Shown: in pieces, positions 57,417 through 64,000 of the stretch | Numbering within the stretch: the first letter of the stretch is position 1 | Layout of the letters: the number at the start of each line of letters is the position of its first letter | Sequence record: NC_070952.1 | Direction: 5' to 3' (one strand) | DNA length: 64,000 nucleotides | The notes under the pieces: model-generated | What the model was told of the DNA's origin: nothing | Seen by the model: the letters and a program-made list of their open reading frames with translations, nothing else | The model's database searches: none | Translations under genes and position numbers: made by a program

Positions 57417-57864
57417 TTTTTATAAAAAGTTGGCCAAGTTACGGGTCTACACAGTTAACTCCGTGTTAGAGCGTTCTAAACGCTCCTCTAAGCAAGTCTC
57501 AGAGGACTTCGATAAAGAACTGACTCGTATTGCCAATTCGATTCAGAATGGCTACACGTTGGGCGCACAGCGTATGTCGGCTATGGGTGAGTTATATCGC
57601 CCTTATAAGTATTTGAACGTCACCATGACATCCATTAACCACCCCGAGTTAAGTGTGGTTCAACCGGACAGAAAGTGGAAGAATATTTATAAACCTACAC
57701 ACCCGCCTGCTATCTGTGTGGTAATTACTCGTGGTTCAGTTTCGGTAACGGTAACTGATGAAACAATCAGCAAATTGATCGCGTGGTCCAAGTCCTGGCG
57801 TAAACAGAAACCTACTACGTTTGAGGAATGTGAACAAGATCATTTCTATCAGCAATGGTGGTAA
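57406..57864 (+). CDS. small tandem-paralog family member 4
   Basis: MESDFYK; FDKELTRI; SVTVTDETISKLIAWS. Confidence 0.65.
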   Translation: MESDFYKKLAKLRVYTVNSVLERSKRSSKQVSEDFDKELTRIANSIQNGYTLGAQRMSAMGELYRPYKYLNVTMTSINHPELSVVQPDRKWKNIYKPTHPPAICVVITRGSVSVTVTDETISKLIAWSKSWRKQKPTTFEECEQDHFYQQWW

Positions 57865-57865
57865 T

Positions 57866-58372
57866 ATGAATAATGATCAACTCAAGACTTTTATGACCAA
57901 TCTCGATTATCTTCGGGAAAGGTCATGTCTTGCATTTGTTCACCAAGGAATTACATTTGATCAGATCTTTGACTTATTGGATAAAGAGTTCAAAATAGCT
58001 AATTGTGCTTTGAAATCCAAAATCAAACCTGACTATGTATTCAAGGTGATAAAGGTTGATTTCCGTAAACTCCGCTACCACTCTATTACTATTTCAAGTC
58101 AGTTAGGGTTTACCATGATTCTGAAGAAAGAACACATGGGGTACTTTAACAGCTGGGTGGTTTCAGAGAACGACAGGAAAGCGGTGGGATTCCGAAGTTG
58201 GATGGAGATCGGAAAGACTATCTATAAAGCCATTGACGGAGATGGTGATTGGTCAGTTAGCGATGAGCTGAGAATCAGACATAAGAAAGGGTCTTCAATG
58301 ATGTACAATGGCGAGGTAGAAAAATATCACGTCATGGTTGATAAAGCGAATCGTACATTGGGACTTAAATAA
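57866..58372 (+). CDS. small tandem-paralog family member 5
   Basis: LDKEFKI; GFTMILKKEHMGYFNSWV. Confidence 0.65.
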   Translation: MNNDQLKTFMTNLDYLRERSCLAFVHQGITFDQIFDLLDKEFKIANCALKSKIKPDYVFKVIKVDFRKLRYHSITISSQLGFTMILKKEHMGYFNSWVVSENDRKAVGFRSWMEIGKTIYKAIDGDGDWSVSDELRIRHKKGSSMMYNGEVEKYHVMVDKANRTLGLK

Positions 58373-58972
58373 ATGGCCTGGGTTAAACGCACATTCAAAC
58401 GGGACTGGTTACAACGGTCCCCGTCTCTTAATACTGTCTCTTATCGGCATGAGTTGTCCAATACCACGGTGTGGACAATAAAGCCTGAGAAAGCAGACAG
58501 CGAACCTTCTTTGTTGACGCAGGATGATTATTATCCTCATGAACAAATGTTCGCGATCTTTGAACTGACCTTTGGGATTGGTTCTCAGATTGTTAAGTTG
58601 CATGCCAATAACAACATCGGTGTGACGGATGCATTAAAAGATTATACCCGCAAGCTTGAACAGCTCCGGGATCTTTTGGGTCAGTTTCTCTCCAGTTACA
58701 AAGACTATTACGATATGAGCAAAGTGTTTGTATTGAAAGAGTTTTTGAATACAACGACGGGACCTTCTGCCGTGTACACGTCAATGATCGCTATTGGAAC
58801 TTCGGTGTCTCATGACTTCTTCTTTGACATTGCTTCTTGCGAAGACAAAGCAAGACTTTATGAAACTAAAGAAAGAGATTTTGTTGAACTGATCATCAAA
58901 CTCAATAAGTTTATTACTTCTGCCATAACGGATGCAAAGACAGCGATGGAAACTTATAAAGGTCGCCTTTGA
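58373..58972 (+). CDS. hypothetical protein, paralog of 56519..57097
   Basis: LKEFLN...FDIASCEDK...LNKFITSA. Confidence 0.7.
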   Translation: MAWVKRTFKRDWLQRSPSLNTVSYRHELSNTTVWTIKPEKADSEPSLLTQDDYYPHEQMFAIFELTFGIGSQIVKLHANNNIGVTDALKDYTRKLEQLRDLLGQFLSSYKDYYDMSKVFVLKEFLNTTTGPSAVYTSMIAIGTSVSHDFFFDIASCEDKARLYETKERDFVELIIKLNKFITSAITDAKTAMETYKGRL

Positions 58973-58997
58973 TTTAGTTCCATTGCTGTTCAGCTCT

Positions 58998-59015
58998 ACA
59001 TTATTACAGTGTAAA
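58998..59015 (+). promoter_or_regulatory. candidate phage early promoter motif
   Basis: ACATTATTACAGTGTAAA, about 28 nt upstream of the exported-protein array. Confidence 0.6.
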
Positions 59016-59042
59016 TCCCACTTAAATTTTAAAGGTATTGTA

Positions 59043-59591
59043 ATGAAAAAGTTAATTTCTATTCTGATGTTTGCGGTTGTTCTGTTCTCTGGTTACGCTG
59101 TAGCCGAAGTTAATAAAGCCGGCTGGATGCCTGTTAGTTCAGTCAGCACTGGTCAACTTATCGGGATGACCAACATTGGTTCTCACGGCGGTGAGCTGAC
59201 TCTGCTGTGTGATGTCAAAACACACAAGTTACGCATGGACTATAAAGGCGGTGAAAATCGTTACGACTTGTTCGTATTCTACACCGGCGATAATCCAGAC
59301 ATGACTTCCCCAGACCTCAACGGTAAATTCATCGTTGGTATGAACAGTACAACCCAGGGTCAGGTTTATTATAATGTTCTGAAGGCAAAAGAAACCTTCG
59401 TGATCGCTCGATTCCCGATGGGTTCTGGTGCGAAATACCTTCGCGCGCTGGCCATTGGAAATGAGAATATACCTGAGATCCAACAAGAAGGCGATGAGTC
59501 TTTCTTTGCGGGTTCTGCGATGCGTGAGATGCTGCATGAACTGAGTACCTCATGTCCAGTTAACCAAAACAAAGATCAAGCCGTTTTTTAG
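59043..59591 (+). CDS. exported two-Cys paralog 1 (Sec signal peptide)
   Basis: MKKLISILMFAVVLFSGYAVA; LTLLCD; STSCP. Confidence 0.75.
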   Translation: MKKLISILMFAVVLFSGYAVAEVNKAGWMPVSSVSTGQLIGMTNIGSHGGELTLLCDVKTHKLRMDYKGGENRYDLFVFYTGDNPDMTSPDLNGKFIVGMNSTTQGQVYYNVLKAKETFVIARFPMGSGAKYLRALAIGNENIPEIQQEGDESFFAGSAMREMLHELSTSCPVNQNKDQAVF

Positions 59592-59674
59592 TTGGATGAA
59601 ATAACAGGTATACATAATCAAATTGACTTTAAGCCTTGCGGCCTTTGTGTTGTAGCGTTTAATAAAGGGTGTGC

Positions 59675-60268
59675 ATGAAACGTTTGATCCTGTTACTTGT
59701 TATCGCCTGTTTTACCATGAAGTCATTCGGGCAAAAACCCGGCGTGTACATCAACCAGATCGCCCCCTATCCACGGTTTGATGTATTTGGTACTTTAGGT
59801 CGAACACAAATTACGTACACCAACGGTGATGATAAAAATCCTGAATACTTCATTATTACTTGTGATAAGAACAAGCAAGAAATGAACGTGATGTATTACA
59901 TCACACATGAAGGATTCCAAATCACCGATGCCAATTATTTCACTATTCAAAAGTATCCTCAAAGGTGGTTGAAGATGACCCCTCCTTATCATGCCCCATC
60001 GGCAGTTATTTACGATGCAGGTATGGGCGGTGATGGTAAGTATCTTGTTGCTGCTTTAAGGGGACTGCTGAATGACAGTGATTGGGGTGTGGTTATTACT
60101 TTTGAAACGTACGTTAATGAACACGACATCATTACACAAGCGTGGTCCGACATTATTCCCTCAGAAATACTCAAGCGTGATATCACTTCATCCGACCTGA
60201 GTATCTGTGAGACAACGAAATTTAATTCCATTTTACCTTTAGTGAGTTTCTCAAATGAAAATCCGTAA
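59675..60268 (+). CDS. exported two-Cys paralog 2 (Sec signal peptide)
   Basis: MKRLILLLVIACFTMKSFG; FIITCD; LSICE. Confidence 0.72.
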   Translation: MKRLILLLVIACFTMKSFGQKPGVYINQIAPYPRFDVFGTLGRTQITYTNGDDKNPEYFIITCDKNKQEMNVMYYITHEGFQITDANYFTIQKYPQRWLKMTPPYHAPSAVIYDAGMGGDGKYLVAALRGLLNDSDWGVVITFETYVNEHDIITQAWSDIIPSEILKRDITSSDLSICETTKFNSILPLVSFSNENP

Positions 60269-60884
60269 TCTGTTTTATTTCATCTGTTTTTCCCTGATGT
60301 GTTCAGGCTTCGCAATGGCAGCGTCTTATGACGTGAAAGAAGATGTGAAACAACCGGCACTCGTTGCTGACCTGGCTTCAGTTTCTGCAGACAAGGTAAT
60401 GTCAGGTATTGCTGATATCACTCTGACCCTGAAGAACTCTGAAACCAATACCACGCAGCGTGTTGTGTTGCAGTGCGATACTACCCAACAGACCATCACC
60501 TCGTTCTATTACCTGAATGATGTACTGGGTGGGAAAGCCAAAGGTGCAACCGGGTTCCAGGTGAACGTTTATGACGGACCAGAGGCCGGCTATAAACACA
60601 ATGGTGACGTCAAACTCTTTGACAGTTCTAAAGATAAAGACAACCTGCGTAAATCCTTTGATCGAATGAAGAAATTAAACGGCGTGGGATTCATGTCATT
60701 TGAGTTCTTTGAAACCACTAATGGTATTGATCATAATCCAGTCGCTCACTCTATGTTACTCTCCAGCAGTTATCTGAAGAAAATTCTGGCAGCGATGGAT
60801 GAGTTCCCGGATGTGGACGGCTGCAGTATTAATGGCGGCGCGGTTTCAGTCTACCCATTAAAGAACCTGACTGATTCCATTTAA
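60255..60884 (+). CDS. exported two-Cys paralog 3 (Sec signal peptide)
   Basis: ...LMCSGFAMA; VVLQCD; VDGCS. Confidence 0.75.
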   Translation: MKIRNLFYFICFSLMCSGFAMAASYDVKEDVKQPALVADLASVSADKVMSGIADITLTLKNSETNTTQRVVLQCDTTQQTITSFYYLNDVLGGKAKGATGFQVNVYDGPEAGYKHNGDVKLFDSSKDKDNLRKSFDRMKKLNGVGFMSFEFFETTNGIDHNPVAHSMLLSSSYLKKILAAMDEFPDVDGCSINGGAVSVYPLKNLTDSI

Positions 60885-60917
60885 CGCTTCCAATTACCTT
60901 AGCGAGAAACATAAGAA

Positions 60918-61505
60918 ATGAAGAAAATGTCCAAATGGCACTGGGCTCTTGTGGGGATGACAGCCATCATTGTCATTGGTGTATTGTCAGGGCCTACCGG
61001 AGTGGTGGATAAGTACAAAACCCCTGAAGTGGCAAAAGTGGTAACACCGGACAGCGATCCAACCGATCTGATTGTACCACTTTCATTTCAGTTTCCTAAT
61101 TTAAACGCTAAGGTGGAAATGCGCTGTATTGATCCAAGTACAACCCACAGTGGGTTCTCTTGGGATGTGTCAAGTCTGGATAAGAAAAACCCACCACCGG
61201 CGACAAAGATTTTCTTTAACTTTGCCAAGTCTAAAAGAGATCCACTGGTTGCATCAGGTTGGCGGGGGATTCAATCTCCTAATGACAAGCTTCCTATGGG
61301 AGATGCATTTATGCTGACTGCGATACAGTTGAAAGACGCTGGGTCACAAAGCTATAACCACTATGTGTTTGCAGTTGCAAGTTCATTAGAGGCGGTACGC
61401 AATGTGTCTCAGGAAGATGTGGTTTATGTTCCTGTTGGTGTGGTGTCAATGATATCCACTACCACGATGACATCAAACCCGTGCTCCACGCTACAAACCA
61501 ATTAA
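60918..61505 (+). CDS. exported two-Cys paralog 4 (N-terminal signal anchor)
   Basis: WALVGMTAIIVIGVL; VEMRCID; SNPCS. Confidence 0.7.
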   Translation: MKKMSKWHWALVGMTAIIVIGVLSGPTGVVDKYKTPEVAKVVTPDSDPTDLIVPLSFQFPNLNAKVEMRCIDPSTTHSGFSWDVSSLDKKNPPPATKIFFNFAKSKRDPLVASGWRGIQSPNDKLPMGDAFMLTAIQLKDAGSQSYNHYVFAVASSLEAVRNVSQEDVVYVPVGVVSMISTTTMTSNPCSTLQTN

Positions 61506-61507
61506 AC

Positions 61508-61539
61508 TAACTCTACTTCCTTAACGGGAAGTAGAGTTA
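61508..61539 (+). terminator. terminator hairpin (TACTC-like family)
   Basis: TAACTCTACTTCC-TTAACG-GGAAGTAGAGTTA. Confidence 0.65.
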
Positions 61540-61569
61540 ATCTATTCATTTCTTTTAGGATCTTTCTGT

Positions 61570-62232
61570 ATGAAAAAGTTAGTTTACGGTGTTATGGTAG
61601 TTATGATGTTTTTATTGGTTGGTTGCGATAAAGACAATAACGAAATTGACATGAGCAAAAGTTCGACTGCGAAATCCCATTACAATGAGGAAGATGTTTA
61701 TGGTCCAATCGTGCATGTGGGTGTTATCGCGGATAACGTGGTAATCAAGAATCTCAAATACAGCGAGGACTTGTATACCTACGCAATCGGGATTAAAGCG
61801 GACAAGCCGCATAACGCCGTGGTTGGGTTAATCTGCGATCATCGTTTAAACGGCGCCGCCATTACCTATTCAATTAAAAATGATGACGGGGTGGTACCTA
61901 ATGGTCGGGTTGATATTTCAATTATGAAATACCGTCCAGGAGTAAAGGATATTCGTGAAGCGGATGAAGATGCAGACCCGGTATTCTCCACCGCTAACGG
62001 CGACACCGATTTCTTAGCCGGGGCGCGTAAAGCTGCAGGACTTCCTGCAGATACCATGCTTGCTTTTGTCATTGACAAGGATCAAGAAGACGGATCGTCT
62101 AAAGGGGTTGCCTGGACTTCTCTCTTCACAGCCAAGCAATTAGACAAAGCGTTATCAGGAACCAAAGATAAATGTGGGAGTCTAAAATTGGATTTGAACG
62201 ACACCTACATCGTAGCAGCAAAGGACTCATAA
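61570..62232 (+). CDS. lipoprotein, exported two-Cys paralog 5
   Basis: Lipobox LLVG|C-D; VGLICD; KDKCG. Confidence 0.78.
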   Translation: MKKLVYGVMVVMMFLLVGCDKDNNEIDMSKSSTAKSHYNEEDVYGPIVHVGVIADNVVIKNLKYSEDLYTYAIGIKADKPHNAVVGLICDHRLNGAAITYSIKNDDGVVPNGRVDISIMKYRPGVKDIREADEDADPVFSTANGDTDFLAGARKAAGLPADTMLAFVIDKDQEDGSSKGVAWTSLFTAKQLDKALSGTKDKCGSLKLDLNDTYIVAAKDS

Positions 62233-62247
62233 CGTAATCCTTTGACG

Positions 62248-62271
62248 GTAGAGTGCGATATCGCACTCTAC
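62248..62271 (+). terminator. perfect palindrome/terminator (inverted TACTC-like arms)
   Basis: GTAGAGTGCGATATCGCACTCTAC then T-rich tract. Confidence 0.65.
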
Positions 62272-62316
62272 TTCTTCTTTCCTTTACTTTTTTTCATTAA
62301 AATAATAAATAGATCG

Positions 62317-62334
62317 ATATTATTATGTTGATAC
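62317..62334 (+). promoter_or_regulatory. candidate phage early promoter motif (divergent match)
   Basis: ATATTATTATGTTGATAC. Confidence 0.45.
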
Positions 62335-62362
62335 TATATACATGTTATAAAGGAAACTATAG

Positions 62363-63079
62363 ATGGAAAATGTTATCTCCCTTGATGAGGAAAAAATGCG
62401 TGCAGATGAAGAATGGGCTAAACTGTTCGATCATCGCATCCAAAAAGAATTCCTTCGTCACTGTGTATATTCCATTTCTCTGAATGATCCAGCACATAAC
62501 TTGAATCACGTGATGGACGTGTGTAAGTTAGCAAAACGAATCTGTGCTGAAATTAATTTGGGAGAACGGGATACCCTACTGGTTTACGTTGCATGTTTAC
62601 TTCACGACATCGGCTGTCGATATGAACGGTCACAGCATCATTTGATAGGTTACGGACTCACCTACGAAATCATCGATCGTATCTGGTCTGATGAGTTTGA
62701 TGATGATGAAGTAATGACTATCGCAACCGCGGTACTGGAACACCGTAGTTCCAATAAACAAAAACCCAGCTCTTTGATCAGTTCTATTGTTAGTGTGGCG
62801 GATAGTGGCGCACCAGATTTTGCCAAATACGTACGTCGTGCGGTTCAATTCCGTCTCAAGAGAAACACGGACGTGGTAGTCATCGTGGAGGATGTCTACG
62901 AACATCTATTAGAGAAATTCGGTGCCGAAGGGTATCACTGGAAAAGCTACCCGGTAATTGGTATGGATTTCTTTAAAAAGGAATGGGATGATTTTTCTGA
63001 GAAACTGTGCGATGAAAAGAGCGCTCTAGAATTGATAAGGGCAACCTATATCGCTCTAGGAGGAGGTAGTGTTACGTAA
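62363..63079 (+). CDS. HD-domain metal-dependent phosphohydrolase
   Basis: AHNLNH, LLHDIG, LEHR, VAD. Confidence 0.88.
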   Translation: MENVISLDEEKMRADEEWAKLFDHRIQKEFLRHCVYSISLNDPAHNLNHVMDVCKLAKRICAEINLGERDTLLVYVACLLHDIGCRYERSQHHLIGYGLTYEIIDRIWSDEFDDDEVMTIATAVLEHRSSNKQKPSSLISSIVSVADSGAPDFAKYVRRAVQFRLKRNTDVVVIVEDVYEHLLEKFGAEGYHWKSYPVIGMDFFKKEWDDFSEKLCDEKSALELIRATYIALGGGSVT

Positions 63080-63530
63080 CCCAACTGACTGGTTGATGTT
63101 AGCATGTACGGTATTGGCCATTTTAACTGTGGTCGGTGGTGGAGCTTGGTGGTGGGTTCGTGACATCCCAGCTGCGCAACATAAGTTAAGTTGGCATCAG
63201 GTACTTGTTAATCGGTTTCATTTATCACTGATTGACGATCGTTCCCGATACTGGACGCTTGACATTCTCTACAATGAGAATATAGATTCATCCACCTACA
63301 CTGTTAAAGGTGATCGACATTTAAGTATCCAACTACCGCCGAATGCTTCATTTCGTGATTACGTTTACTTGATCAGGCACTTGGAAGGGGTTCATGAGAA
63401 CTTTGTCGCAATGGCAGAAGGTGTTATTGAAGAGACCAAACTTAAGCGTCTTTATTTGACTAAAGAGGATCTTTCTCTCTTTAGAGAATTCAAAAGGAAT
63501 TTACTGCTGAAGGTACTATTGAAACGATGA
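63069..63530 (+). CDS. N-terminally membrane-anchored protein
   Basis: GGAGG RBS with GTG start; WLMLACTVLAILTVVGGGAWWW. Confidence 0.65.
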   Translation: MLRNPTDWLMLACTVLAILTVVGGGAWWWVRDIPAAQHKLSWHQVLVNRFHLSLIDDRSRYWTLDILYNENIDSSTYTVKGDRHLSIQLPPNASFRDYVYLIRHLEGVHENFVAMAEGVIEETKLKRLYLTKEDLSLFREFKRNLLLKVLLKR

Positions 63531-63937
63531 TAACAATCCTGCTTTTCTTTATACTGTTCTTGATGGCCATGGGAATCGGGTATGTCATGGATGGGGTAAG
63601 AAAATACAAGATCAGTTGTCACGAAACCAGCGACAGTTTTGTCATTCTTTATAATGACAGAAGGATTGTTGTCTCTGGAAAACCCAATACCCGGCTGTGC
63701 ACTTATCGTTGGAAAGGGAAAATAGAAACACTCACCTTTCCAATTATAGATGGTGTGAATCCTCTTGACCAAGTTGAACATTTTATCTCTCGGTATAAAA
63801 CCAGTCGACTTTCCAGATATCTTTTTGATTTCACCAGTATGAAAGAACCTGCTAATTTATTAGCGTTCGATTCGGTGAATGGGAAGGTGTTATCCGAGAT
63901 ACAATTGAAGTTGAAAAGTTATATCAGAAACGCTTAA
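63527..63937 (+). CDS. N-terminally membrane-anchored protein
   Basis: ATGA overlap; MITILLFFILFLMAMGIGY. Confidence 0.65.
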   Translation: MITILLFFILFLMAMGIGYVMDGVRKYKISCHETSDSFVILYNDRRIVVSGKPNTRLCTYRWKGKIETLTFPIIDGVNPLDQVEHFISRYKTSRLSRYLFDFTSMKEPANLLAFDSVNGKVLSEIQLKLKSYIRNA

Positions 63938-63948
63938 GCACAAACAAA

Positions 63949-63980
63949 ACTCCTACTCACCCTTCCAGGTGAGTAGGAGT
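63949..63980 (+). terminator. terminator hairpin (TACTC family)
   Basis: ACTCCTACTCACC-CTTCCA-GGTGAGTAGGAGT. Confidence 0.7.
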
Positions 63981-64000
63981 AAATACTGTTTGTATTTTTT

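Noticed and set aside
57057-59591. Longer upstream starts in the ORF track (57057, 57821, 58932; also 2523, 44891, 56465)
   Set aside because: They overlap the previous gene extensively; internal ATGs give stop/start coupling, RBSs or proper signal peptides
1-64000. tRNA genes, CRISPR arrays, reverse transcriptase, integrase or transposase
   Set aside because: Intergenic gaps are short and explained by hairpins and promoters; no cloverleaf, spaced direct repeats or relevant catalytic motifs found by eye

Overview
A 64 kb segment of a phiKZ-related jumbo phage (probably nucleus-forming, Chimalliviridae-like). Gene content and order most resemble the OBP/phiEL side of that group: a GroEL-like chaperonin, a GH19 tail lysozyme, and a GH19 endolysin directly after the virion RNAP genes. 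It is densely coding with about 73 CDS; no tRNA, rRNA, CRISPR array or mobile element was seen. Layout: (1) 1-11.4 kb: accessory and metabolic genes (HAD nucleotidase, GNAT, DHFR, ClpP-like protease, chaperonin, thymidine kinase). (2) 11.4-48.0 kb: conserved core (virion proteins, RNase H-like protein, SNF2-like helicase, UvsX, three virion RNAP beta/beta-prime fragments, 2404-aa tail protein, endolysin, prohead protease). (3) 48.2-64 kb: small uncharacterised, probably early genes made largely of tandem paralog families. Top leads are a five-gene array of envelope-targeted two-cysteine paralogs (59.0-62.2 kb), a family of apparently inactive RecA/DnaB-like half-domains (50.4-55.3 kb), an RNase H homolog lacking its catalytic acids, a 9-copy 18-bp candidate early promoter, and a sequence-conserved hairpin family. 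Homolog assignments, including phiKZ gp numbers, come from recalled motifs and synteny, not from searches.
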